Shown one piece after another: positions 23,693 to 36,800 of a stretch of 64,000 bases of DNA; the stretch's first letter is position 1; every line of letters starts with the position of its first letter. This DNA is from Mobula hypostoma. Lineage: Eukaryota. The notes beneath the pieces are model-generated. The model ran no database searches, was not told the origin of the DNA, and was given only the letters and a program-made list of their open reading frames with translations. Where the stretch lies: positions 37,572,001-37,636,000 of the forward strand of contig NC_086108.1 of assembly GCF_963921235.1 (NCBI RefSeq). Reading direction: 5' to 3'. The position numbers and the translations under genes were made by a program.

Positions 23693-26600
23693 GAGTCATA
23701 AAAAAGTACAGCACAGAAACAGGCCCTTCGGCCCATCTAGACCATGCCAAACCAATTAAGCTGCCTACTCCATTGACCTGCACCTGGAACTTAGCCCTCC
23801 ATACCCTTACCATCCATGTACCTATCCAAACTTCTCTTAAATGTTGAAATTGAGCTCGAATGAACCAATTGCACTGGCAGCTCATTACACACTCTCACAA
23901 CACTCTGACAAAGAAGTTTCCCTCATGTACCCCCTAAACTTTTCACCTTTCACCCTTAATCCATGATCCTTAGTTGTAGTCCTATGCAACCTCAGTGGAA
24001 AAAGCCTCCATATATTTACCCTATCTATAGCACTCATAATTTTGTACACTTCTATCAAATTTCCCCTCAGTTTTCTATGTTCCAAGGTACAAGTCATAAC
24101 CTATTCAATCTTTCCTTATAACTCAGGTCCTCCAGACCCCGCAACATCCCTGTAAATTTTCTTCGTACTCTTTTAACCATATTTACATCTTTCTTGGAGG
24201 CAGCTGACCAAAAATGCAGACAGTACTCTAAATTAAGCCTCACCAACATCATACACAACTTCAACATAACATCTCATCTCCTGTACTCAATACTTTAATT
24301 TCGGAAGGCCGATGTGCCATAAGCTTTCTTTCTGATCCTTGCTACCGATGACACCGCTCTCAATGAATATGTACCTATATTTCCAGATCCCTTTGATCTG
24401 CAGCAATCCTCAGTGCTCTACTACTCATTACGTAAGACCTACCCAGCTTGGTCCTACCAAAGTGCAACACCTCACACTTGTCTGCATTAAATTTCATCTG
24501 CCATTTTTCAGCCGATTTTTCCAGATGGCCCAGATCCTGCTACAATTTCTGATGGTCCTCCTCACTGTCCATTACACCCCAATTTTGGTGTCCTCCACAA
24601 ACTTGCTGATCTAATTAACCACATTATCATCCAGATCATTGATGTTGATGACTAACAACAAAAAACCCAGCACCTATTCCTGTGGCACTCCACTTGTTAC
24701 AGGCTTCCAGTGAGAGAGTCAACTATCTACTACCATGCTCTGGCTTCTCCCACAAAGTCAATGTCTAATCTAATTTATTACCTCATCTTGAATGCCAAGA
24801 GACAGAACCTTCCTGATCAACCTCCCATGTGGGACCTTGTCAAATGCCTTACTAAAGTCCATGTAGACAACATCCTTTGCTTTGCCTTCATCAACTTTCC
24901 TGGTAACTTCCTTGAAGAACTCTATAAGATTAGTTAGATGTGACCTACCATGCACAACGCCATGTTGACTATCTCAAATCTGTCCCTGTCTACCCAAATT
25001 CTCATATATTCAGTCTCTTAGAATACCTTCCAATAGCTTTCCCACGACTGATGTCAGGCTCACCAGCCTATAATTCCTGGTTTACTTTACAGCCTTTCTT
25101 AAACAGCGGAACATCAGCTACACACCAGTCCTTTGGTACCTTACCTGACACTAAGGATGATTTAAATATCTCTGCTAGGGCCCCTACAGATTCTGCACTT
25201 ACCTCCCACAGGGTCTGAGGGAACACTCTGGAGACTTAACGACTTTAATTTGCCTCAAGACAGCAAAAACCTCCTCCTCTGTAATCTGTATAGGGCTTGT
25301 GACCTTATTGCTGCTTTGTCTCACTTATATAGACTCTGTGTCCATCTCCTGGATAAATACAGACGCAAAAATTGCTATTCCTTTGCTAGCTTGACCTAGC
25401 CTTCATGGCTTGTCTGCTTCTGTTAAAGTTAATTACACTTCTGGCACACTGTCTACTGTGCGGATGCAGTTGGTCAAACCAGATGCTTGCAGTCATAAAC
25501 AGCCAGTTGTAACAACGTAGCGACAGGACAAATAACAGTGTGTAAAAGATATTTTACCTGTCTAAATTACATCCTCTACATTGGTATTCTCATCTCAATA
25601 CCTGTGAGAGGTAGAGTCATAGAAAAGTACAACAGAGAAATAGACCCTTTGGCCCATCTAAAGCCTTAACATTCTGAATCTTCCAGAGGACCAATTTTGT
25701 AACCTGAAATCATTTTGCTCTATATGTAGAATCCCTTAGGATTCTCTTTCATCTTGTCTGCCTGAGCAAACTCATGCCTTATTTTAGCCCTCCTGATTTT
25801 TTTCTTAAGGGTTCGCTTGTATTTCTTATATTCCATAAGTACCTCATTTGTTCCTACCTGCCTACACCTGTTATGCCCCTCCTTTTTTTCCTAACCATGG
25901 CCTCAATATCTTTGAAATCCATGAATCCCTAAAACTGTTATCTTTACCCTTTATTCTGACAGGCACATACAAGTTTTGGACTCTCAAAATTTCACTTTTG
26001 AATGCCTCCTATTGACCAACTACACCTTTACCAGAAAACAGCCTATCCCAATCCACACCTGCTAGATTCCTTCTGATAACATCAAATTCGGCCTTTTTCC
26101 CCATGTAGAATCTCAACCATGGATCAACCCCATGTCTTCCCACATTTACTTTGAAACTAGTGCATTATGACAACTAGATGCAAAGTGTTCCCCTACACAA
26201 ACTTCTGTTACCTGCCCTGTCTCTTTCCCTAAAAGCAGATCAAGTATTGCACACTGTCTCATTGGGACTTCAATGTACTGATTATGAAAACTTTCCTGAA
26301 CAAAATCTATCCTATCTGAAGTGTCCTAGGAAAAATCGGAATAACAGAAACAATGAATCAGCTGTAGGGGTCTCTGCGCTCAGCGAATCGCACACTTTCT
26401 TTCTCTCACTGGTGCAGGAGAGCTTGTTGCTGATTTTTGTGTTGGAGAACTTGGAAAAAAATGATGCAGCAGACTTTAACACTGTAAATCAGCGAATTGG
26501 TTTGGTCATGTCTCTCCTCTTGCTGACTGACAGCTCTGTCTCTTTATTAGGGGGAGAGAGAGAGCCTGTGGTATGTCAAATTATCAACTGAACAATTAGT

Positions 26601-29480
26601 TTTTGTTGTACTGAAGATCATGGTCTTTCTTGGAGGCTTTGCTATTGCTTGCTTGATGGGTGGAAGCTGCTGATGCTACTTTTGTTAAAGTAAGTGAGGG
26701 AGGGGAAGGTTCAATGCTTTTCTGCTGCTCGTGCAAGTGACGGGGGGAGTGGGGCGCTTTAGTGTTCTAACGTTTTTACTGTCACTCATTCTGTGGGGCT
26801 CTCTTCTGTTTTCATGGATGTCTGCAAAAAAACAAGAATTTCAGGTTGTATATTGTATACATTGGAGGTAGAGCAGAATGATGATGGCACTAAATGGCAA
26901 CTCCTTTCCTTGCATCTTCAGAAACAGCTCTATTTCCATCTTTAATATCTTTATTTTTCTCTTTCAGCATATTTTTGAAGACCCTGACCTGGAGTTACAT
27001 ACTGACTACGTTTTTTTGCGGGATAGGGACCCGCTCTCACAGTTTCATAACTGGCCGCTGTTGTTCGGCACGCCAAGGGCTCAGCCTAAGTGTCTGGCTC
27101 AGCTTTGGAGGCCTAGGATCTCAGGGCTCTGGAGACAGGCGGATTGAAGGTCGGTGTCACGGCAGGAGACCCGTGTGTCCTTGGGGGAGGTGGAATATCT
27201 ACGGCTGTGTGGCCAGATCTTTGCGCACAGCTTGAAAAAAAAAGTGACGCAACAGATTTTTAACATTGCAAACCTGTGAGTAGTTTGTTATGTCTCCCCT
27301 CTGGCTGTGAAAGTGGAGACATCTCTTTCTTTGTTAGGGAAACAGGGAGCCTGTGGTATGTCGAATACTGGGTGAAACACGAAGTCTTTGGGGTAACTTC
27401 AAGTCTGTGTCTTTGCTGTTGCTTTGCTCACGCTTGAGTGCTTGGTGGCAGGTGTCAATGCTTTTTTTGCCAGTGGGGGGAAGGGGGATTGTTGCTTGCT
27501 GCTGCTTACATGCAGGAGGGAGGGGAGTTGGGGGGTACTTTGGGGTTCTAACATTTAACTGTCGTTCACTCTTTGGAGAACTCCTCTGTTTTCATGGATG
27601 ATTGCGAAGAAAAAGGATTTCAGGACATATATTGTATACATTCTGACATTAAATGTACCTTTGAAACCTTTGAAACCTTTGAAACACTCTCTGATATCAA
27701 ATAGACCTATTGGACTACTGAACTATCTAGTCTTTTTATGGTATAGGAGTCTCAGTCAATATGTGCAAAGTTAAAATCACAGACTATTATAAACTTATAT
27801 TTCTTGTAAAAGTCTGCGAACAACCTACAAATTTGTTCCTCTACATCTCATGGACCGTTGGGTGGTCGATAATACAGCTCCATTAATGTGGTCATAGCTT
27901 TCTTATCCCTCAGTTCCACCCATAAAGCCTCACTAGACGAGTCTGAACTGTCTGAGCAATGCTGTGACATTTTCCGTGACTACTAAAACCATTTCTCCCC
28001 CTTTAATCTCTCCCACTCCGTTGTGTCTAAAACAACAGAAGCCGAGAATATTGAGCTGCCAGTCCTGCCTCCCCTACAGTTAAGTCACACTAATGACTAC
28101 AGTATCATAATTCCACGTGTTGGTTCATGCTCTGAGCACATCTATCTTTCCTATAACACCTCATGCATTGAAATATGCGCAGTTCAGAACATTAGTCACT
28201 CCATGCTCAACCTTTTGATTCCTGACTTTGTCTGACATCTTAACAACGTCTATCTCCACTCTGGCACTCTGATTCCCATCTCCCTGCAACTCTATTTTAA
28301 ACACCCCGCCCCCCCCCCCACACCCTTGTGCAGTACTAGCAAATCTTCCTGCTAGGATATTAGTCCTCCTTCAGTTCAGCAGCAAACCATCTCTTCTATA
28401 CAGGTCACATCTTCCCTGGAAGAGAGCCCAAGGATCCAAAAATCTTATGCCCTCCCTCCTGCACCAACTCCTTTGCCATGTGTTAAACTGTATGATCTTC
28501 CTATTTATGGTCTCACTAGCACATGGCATAGGTAGCAATCCTGAGATAACAATGCTGGAAGCTCTGTCCTTTAACTTAGCACTTACCTCCCTGAACTAAC
28601 TTTGCAGAACCTCATCACTTCTCCTTCTTATGCCATTGGTACCTACATGGACCACGATCTCTGGCTGATCACCCTCCCATTTAAGAATGCTGAGGTCTTG
28701 ATCTGAGATGTCCTGGAGCCAGGTGCCTGGACGGCAACATACGATCCAAAAATTTAATTCTCACCCACAGAAGCTCCTTTCAGTTCTCCTAACTAATGAA
28801 TCCCCTGTCATGACCGCTCACTTCTTCTCCCCACTTCACTTCTGAGTCACAGAGTCAGACTCAGTGCCAGAGACTATGATTTTCATCAGCTAGCTCATCT
28901 CCACCAACAGAATCCAAAGTGGTATATTAGTTGTTGAGGGGAAATGGTCACAGGGGTACTCTGCACTGGCTGTTTAACCCTTTTCATCTGGTTTGCTGTG
29001 TCCTGCTCCGCAGGTGTAATTAGTTCTCTAAACTTCCAATCTATCACCCCCTCAGCCTCCTGAATGATCTGGAGTTCATCCAGTTCCAACTCCGACTCCT
29101 TTTCGCAGAGCATTAGAAGCTGTACTTGCAGGTGTAGTCATTAGGGACACTGGAACATTCTGCAAGAGGAACATATAACATTCCTGCCTGGCACCCCTAC
29201 TGTTCTAACTGTGCAAATATAAAGAAGGAAAAGAATAAATAAACTGGAGGAAAAAAATCTATTTACAGCTTTTTCACCTTCTCTCACACAAGCCTTGCCA
29301 CTCTGAAGCCTCAAGTAACCACTCTAATGCTGCCCACTCCAACAATGGCCGCTCCACTTGACCCTGCCTTATTTTAATTCTTTCATGCCAATCAATCCCA
29401 AATGCTGATTGGCTGCTGCTCAAAACGCCAAACTGCCATGAATCATTGCTGTTTGGACTCAAATTGGCAAACCAGAATCA
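23693..29480 (-). mobile_element. Near full-length CR1 LINE (ORF1 with SGNH esterase, ORF2 EN-RT), degenerate and interrupted
   Basis: ORF1: ELELDELQIIQEAEGVID (28895-29113) and QPEIVVHVGTN (~28630-28670); RT: LTNLIEFF...YMDFSKAFDKVPHGRL (24770-24955); 3' tail at 23693. Confidence 0.85.
26320..27720 (+). mobile_element. Nested non-autonomous LINE-related elements with Rex1-like 3' tails, inside the CR1
   Basis: Two related units (ctctgttttcatggatg...attgtatacatt), one inserted into the other; tail (ttgaaacct)n; related to 37500-37830. Confidence 0.55.
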
Positions 29481-29654
29481 GCTACATTTTCTCTTGTTCC
29501 AGTCACTGCTTGGCCACTGTACAAGTCATTCTCATTTAAGGGACAATTCTAGCAATCTCACAGTTCTAGTTGTTCCAATATTTCTAATAGTTTGTTGTAT
29601 GAGTTTCTGTTGCAATATGTGAGTAAGAGGTACTGAGACACTTTCGATATTCAC

Positions 29655-30515
29655 TCCAGTTTCTGGTTTAAGATAGCACCGGTGAAACACAGTGATGACT
29701 TACTGGCAGCTAACAAAACTACTAACTTTTCTAAAAAAACGATCACTGTAGTTTTCCTTTTGGACATGAGCTTTTGAACTGTCTTTTCAACCCAGCATTT
29801 TTGCAGCATAAACTGAAGTTTCAAAGGTACAGGATAGTTGCTGCATGGCGTGTACAGATCACATTGAGGTGCTGGAGCCCAAACTGAGAGCAAATAATAA
29901 GCCTGTGTATGGCCATTGCTGGAGCAGACTTGGAGCTGATTCAAAGTAGTCGATCTGAGACGAGGCAGAGTCAAGGTGGTGCAGCCTGGGTCTGAGAGCG
30001 AGGAATGAGCTGATGTTTGACCCATTTAAGTGTTGGGCCAGATTGGAAAGGTCAGGTACAGGCCGAATTCAGGCAGTGAGGCCTGGGTTCAGGAGTGAAG
30101 AATGTGCCAAGGTTTCGCCAATTTAAGTACCAGGCCAGATTGAAAAATTCAATGTGTCGGGGCTGGAGGTGAGGCATGGGCTGTTGTTTAGCTCACTGAT
30201 CAGTGAGGTTTACTCATCTCTGCACTGAACTGATCCTGTGGCCTGTAACTAACAAGCTCCTGGACCAGCTGCAGTGGTAGCCGGTTTCATGGCTGTAACT
30301 CACGCTTGTGAACATTATTTCTGAATATTACCTGCTTACCTTTTGTTGCTTTGCACAATTTGTCCTTTTTTTTTGCAAGTTGGGTGTTTGCTGGTCTTCT
30401 TTTTAATGGGTTCTCTGGGGTTTCTTTGTTTTGTGGCTGTCTGCAAGCAGATGAATCTCGAAGTTGTATATAGTATATATACTTAGATAACAAATGTACT
30501 TTGAACTTTGAACCC
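29655..30515 (+). mobile_element. Non-autonomous Rex1-related element
   Basis: 3' end aaatgtactttgaactttgaac shared with Rex1 3' UTRs elsewhere in the window. Confidence 0.5.
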
Positions 30516-32627
30516 ATATAATGGACAAAGCATATAAGATGAGAATATTGCTCATCCTTTGCTGCTCTTGCAAAATTAGTGATGCACTTTCTAAAATGTG
30601 TCCAGGGTGCTATTAGGTGGCAATGAAATGTTGAGGAAACAATGAGGTATTTTCAAGTTAGGATAAGGAATGAATTTTCAAACTGTGTATCCCTTTGAGA
30701 CCTCTGCTCTTATCCTAGGTAGGAGATGACACAAGTTTTGTAGGTGCTGCTGAAGTTGTTGCAGTTTATTTTGTACTGCTGTCAGGAAAAGAGAAGTTTA
30801 TGATGATGCATAATATGCCACTACAGTATTTTTGCTTGTCCCACTCACCATCTATAAAAGAAATACCAGCTTCATGAGTGTTGTTGCAGCTGCATTCTTC
30901 CAGGCATAGAGCATAAGATAGAAAGGAGCTGCATTTCTATGCGACTTGTAAGATCTTAGGCCACCTCAGGGTATTTACAGGTAACCAAGTACTTTCCAAT
31001 ATAGTCACTATTATAATAGAGGCAACAAAGTATTCCAAATACTGTAATACAGAAACTATGGTGATAAATTTCTGAACAGTAAGCTCTGACAAATGGTGAT
31101 GAAAGAAATAACTAGCTTTACCTTAGGTAAGATAAAACATTGGCAGAGAAGGACAGAAAGTGACATTCTCTTTCTCAGAATGCATCACATACATGCAAGT
31201 GTTTTGTGGAATAACAACATCTACAATGTAGTACTTTCTTTTGAGCTGATCTAGGTGAGGTTTTTCGATCCTTGGGAAATGGACTTAAAACTCAGCCTTT
31301 TAACTAAGAATCAAAGTGCTATTGCCAAGGCAACTCCGACTGTTTTCTGAAGAGTATACCTTTGCCTTCATTTTGAGAGGAGAAGATGTAGTTTGATTGA
31401 ATTGATCTTTTAAGCCAATTATTTTCAAGAGTCACCTCCATAATAAAAGGTAACTGTCATAGTGTTCTTTTCAACTGCTTGTCAAATCTTGCTCTGTTCT
31501 CTTTTCTTACAGTTAATGGTTGTAGGGAAAGGTTTTCAACAATCAATGAACATTTCAGACTAGGCACAAATAAAACATTTTACTTTCAACAAGGATTTTA
31601 TAAAAGAAAATCTGTTAAAATGAAAAGACTGAAGAAAGCAACAATTTTAGGAAAAAAACCTTTCAATACAGCAATTGTACTTCTTCAAGGGTGGTCTTAG
31701 CTAATGCAAGATGAAAAACACCACATGGATTGCCCCTTAAAGAAGATAGATGATCAAACAAAGGAAAAATAAATTGCAAATCTGCCTCTATCCAGAACTC
31801 TGATTTTGAAACCTTTTCCAACCTCTCTCAAAAACTACGTTCCTTATACACCTTTGAATTCAGCAAGCACGGGTCAATTTTATTTTTAACTATAACAATC
31901 TGAATTGAAACAGATTTGTTCATGCTCGTTTCCCTGAGTACTTCAGATATAAACATCAAAGACATCTTTGTGCTGAAGTTTCCTATATCAAAGAAGGAGA
32001 AAGCAAAGCCCTTCCATTAAAAAAGGTGCTTACCACCAGTTTGAGGTAATCAGTATCAAAAGTGAAGTCTAAATAACTACGTTGTCAAATGCATTACCTG
32101 GGTTGCATTACCTTCTGACATGCAAAAACTTTATCTAATGAAAACAACACACAAAAAACTCATCTGTGATCATTGGAGGAACAATCAGATCTATTCAAAA
32201 CCATTACTGCCATGGTTAATACAAATGACTGGTAATGAAAGGCAGTTGTCAATAATCATTGTTCTCATTATATGAGGATTAAAATTAAATATGTTGAATG
32301 AATCAAATCTGACAGCTTTCCACATTTAGCAAATCCAGAAAGCCTATAATTAGGAATCACAAGAGAAAGTTAGAGAAAAAATGAGCAAGAAAAGAAAGTT
32401 GACTCTTGAAGGTAAATAACTGATGGACAACTGTTGACAGACAGAATGGATTAGATGTGACTTGTGTTCATGAAGAGTGTGGAGCAGAACAAGCAACCAG
32501 TAACTGCACACAAAGCAGTTTTAAATTAAGGTCCAAGGGTTGATACCTGGCTTCACCAAAAAAGTGCCTTTAATCTGTATATTAAGGTGTTTACCATATC
32601 CATGTAATCCATGTGAGAATACTGAGA

Positions 32628-32731
32628 ACAATATCTATCACCCATCCTGAAACTAATTGGACAATATCTATCACCCATCCTGAAACTAATTGGACAATAT
32701 CTATCACCCATCCTGAAACTAATTGGACAAT
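32628..32731. repeat. 33-bp perfect tandem repeat, ~3.2 copies
   Basis: Unit ACAATATCTATCACCCATCCTGAAACTAATTGG starts at 32628, 32661 and 32694. Confidence 0.97.
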
Positions 32732-33829
32732 GATTGACACTTCTTCACTCGGTGGATATTTGAGAACAGACTGGCATTATAACGACACAGATATGGGCAG
32801 CCAACTACAGCAAAATCAATAGATTCACTACCTAGAATGAGAGCAGTGAACTTTGTCTGCTGACAAATATCATCTCAGGTTCAGCTTCAGGAAGCATTCA
32901 TTTGATCAGCACCATGCAGTTGCTGACAGTTTGCAGTGTTAGAAAGTCGCCAACATAAAAGAATTACTCAGCTATCTGACACAATGAAGTGCCTGCTTTC
33001 ACGGGTAAACTGTCATTCAGTCTGCTTTTTTAATTAATACCGGAATCCTTCTAGGCTGCATTCAAAACTTGCTTGTTTCTTAATTTCAGTGTATAAGCAC
33101 TAGACATTAACAATGTAAAGATGTTCAGGCTGCTGCCAAGTAAGAGATGAACCTTAGAAAAACAGCTTTAAAAAATGATAAATCTAAGTATTTAAATTTA
33201 GCTGCCTGAAAATTGTGTTAAATGTGTGTCATCATTTCTGTGAATGCCAAATCTGCAGTCATTAAAAGATTCCCAAAACTCAAACATCCTGGCTTTAAAA
33301 AAATCACTACTTTAGTTTTCTTCTATCTTGAAGCAACAGAATGCAACTGCGGCACTCAAAGAGAGCATCAGCTGCTTACAGAACTCGCAGCTGCCCCTTC
33401 ATTAGCACAGGGTTACCATGGTGATGAGGGGAAAGGAGGGGAAATGGATATAAGGATGGCTATTTTATAGATAAAACTAGACTCTGTTGAGGCTCCCTTG
33501 TTATGGACAGGCCAGTGGTGTCTATGCTATGATTTGACCACAGGCATGCTAGTACGAATCACAAAACGGAGCAGTGTGATGCAGAAAAGAAAGAAAGTTG
33601 CTGAACCTACCACAGCTTAGTTAGCATTGTCCACTCCAGCATGGGTCCTAAAAGCTAATGCGCTTAAAGAGTCCAATTTCTAAGACACTATCTCTTTAAA
33701 TTTAGCTATTGCAAGAAAGTAGAAAGAATAGTGTGCACCATTTATACAAGTCTGATATCACTTCTGAGTTCAATGAATCCTCTGAGTGATCCAAAAATAA
33801 TTCTCAATTCAACTTTAAAATTAAATATA

Positions 33830-36800
33830 CACCCTCAGTCGCCATTTTATTAGTTAATTCCTATACCTCATAAAGTGAATGCTTGTTGTCTTCTGCTGCT
33901 GTAGCCTATCCACTTCAAGGTTTGACATGTTGTGCGTTCAGAGATATTCTTCTGCACACCACTGTTGTAATGCATGGTTATCTGAGTTACTGTTGATCCT
34001 GTCAGCTTGCTCTGCAGTGCCCAGAGAGCTGCCTTGTGGAGATCAGAGATGGGGGTGTCCAGAGTACCAGTGATGGGACGTGGGGTCATGAATGACTGGA
34101 TCTTGATTCAGCCAAGAATCAAGGAAGACTGAAGCATCAAGGTGAATGCGGATGGGGTCAGCAATCATTCCCAATGGAGGCCACCGTGTGACCAGGCGAG
34201 AGTTCTGAGTCACAGAAAGACTGTTCGATGTTCTGAGATTTGTGTGATTGTACTGTATTTCTATTGGTCTCTTTCAGTTTTTCCGCTTTTCTTTCCTGTG
34301 GCCGATTGGCGTGTGGGTAATCTGTTGGTTCTTTGTGTGTGAGGGGGGTAGGGTTTTTTTGATGCTGCACCCGCTGTTCTTTTTTGCCAGTGGGGGGGGG
34401 GTCGGGATTGTAATTGTCGCTGTTTTTTTTCTGCGGGGTAGGGGTTGGGAATGTGTTGCTATTGTTACTATCTTTTTTTCTGTGAGTGAGGGAGTCCGGG
34501 TTGTATTGACACTGTTTCTTTTCTGCAGGTAGGGGGTGGGGGATTCTGGGGACTGCAAGGTTTGTTTCTTTTTTTTCTGTGTGTACAGATACAACCCTGA
34601 GATTCTTTTCCCTGTGGGCATGCTTAGCAAATCTAAAGAACAGTAACTGCAAACAGAATCAAAGAACAACAAACTGTGGAAATGCAAATATAAATAAACA
34701 GCAATAAAAATGAGAATGAAACAACAAGATAAAGAGTTCTTAAATAGAATGTGTAATTATCCCCCTTTGTTCAAGAGCCTGATGGTTGAGGGGTAGTGAC
34801 TTAACTTGAACCTGGTTGTGTGAGTCCTGAGGTACTTGTACCTTTTACCTGATAGCAGCAGTGAGAAAAGAGCAAGGCCTGGGTGGTGAGGATCTTTGGT
34901 AATGGATGCTGCTTTTCTGCGGCAACATTTCATGTAGATGTGCTCAATAGTTGGGAGGGCCTTACCCGTGATGTACTGGGCCAAACCCACTAACTTTTTA
35001 AAGATTTTCCGCTCAAAGGCATCAGTGTTTCTGTACCAGGCCATATGTAGCTGCTCAGCATGCTTTCCACCTCACTTCTAAAGACATTTGCCAAGGTTTT
35101 TATTGACATCCCAAATCTCCGCAGACTCTTCAGGAAGTAGAGGTGCTGTCGTGTTTTCTTTGCAATTATTTTTATATGATGGGTCCAGGACAGGTCCTCT
35201 GAGATAGTGACAACCAGGAATTTAATGCTACTGACCTTTTCCACCTCCAATGAGTTCTGGCTCAGGATCCTTTGGTTTCCCTCTCCTGAAGTCTACAATC
35301 AGTTCCTTGGTCTGACTGACAGTGAATGAGAGAATGTTGTTATTACACCACTCAGGCAAATTTTCAGTCTCTCTCCTCTATGCTGATTCATCACCACCTT
35401 TGACACGGCCCACAACAGTGGTGTCATCAGCAAACTGGTGTTGAAGCTGTACTTAGCCACACAGTCATAGGTTTAAAGCAAGTAGAGGAGCGGGCTAAGC
35501 ACACATCCCTGTCATGCTCCTGTGCTGATAGAGATTGTGGAGAAGATGTTTTGGCTATCTTAACTGACTGGGGTCTGCAAGTGAAGAAATCCAGGATCCA
35601 ATTGCACAAGGTGGCATTAAGGTTTAGGTCTTGGAATTTATTGATTAATTTTGAGGGGACGGTGGTATTAAATGCAGAGTTGTACTTGATAAAGAATGCC
35701 CTGATGTATGCATCCTTGCTGTCCAGGGTTGTGTGAAGACAAATGAGATGGCATCCAGTTGCTTCAGTAGGCAAATTGGAGTGGATCCAAATCACCACTC
35801 AGACAGGAGCTGATGTGCTTCAACACCAGCCTCTCAAACACATCATCACTGCGGATGTAAGTGCCACTGGGCAATAGACATTGAGACAGATTACCGCGCT
35901 CTTCTTGGGGACTGGTATGATTGAAACCTACTTGAAGCAGATGGGTACCACACCCTGCAGGAGGGAGAGGTTGAAAACATCTGTGAACACACCAGCCAGT
36001 GGTTCAGCACAGTTCTTCAGTACTCGGCCAGGTACTCCGTCTGGACCAGATGCTTTCCTTCGATTCACTGCCTTGAAGACAGCCCGCACATCATTTTCAG
36101 ATACTGAGATCAAAGGTTCATTTGGAGACGTGGGGTATGCAGCGGTCAAAGTAAGCACAGAAGGCATTGAGTTCATCTGGAAGTGCAGCTCTGCCATCTC
36201 CTACATGACAAGATTTAACTTTGTCGGAGGTTATGGCATTCAAACCCTGCCACAGCCACCGAGCATCCCTCATTGATTCCAGTGTAGTCCAGAGTCTCCA
36301 CTTCACTACTGAGATGGCTTTCCGGAGATCATACCTGAACCTCTTGTAGCATTCTTGATCTCCAGATTTGAATATCTCCGATCTGGCTCTCAGCAAGTTC
36401 TGGATTTCATGATTCATCCAAGGCTTCTGATTAGTGTTAACCTTGAATGATTTAGTGGAGACCCACTAATCCAGAGCTGATTTGATAAAGTCTGCTACTA
36501 CCCTGGTATAGTGATTCAGATCCTCAGATGAGCTCTTGAACACAGCCAAGTTCGTTATCTCAAGGCAATCCTGTAACCATTCCTCTGCCTCCCGCAACCG
36601 CCTCTTAGTTGTCTTGATCTCTGGAGCCTTGCTTTTTAGGTTCTATTTGTATGCAGGTAGCAGGAGTTTAGTCAAATGGTCCAATTTGTCAAAGTGCTGT
36701 CTCTGCAAGGAGTGATCGGCATTTGTTATCATAGTGTAGCAGTAGTGAATGTGCTGGGACCTCTGGGCTACAGGTTATATTTTGGTGATAACTGGGCAGG

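Noticed and set aside
32613-32822. ORF with TISITHPETNW repeats
   Set aside because: Product of the 33-bp tandem repeat; no splice or homology support.
34158-34687. Overlapping Pro/Thr/Lys-rich ORFs
   Set aside because: Low-complexity G/T-run subrepeats, probably a retroelement UTR.
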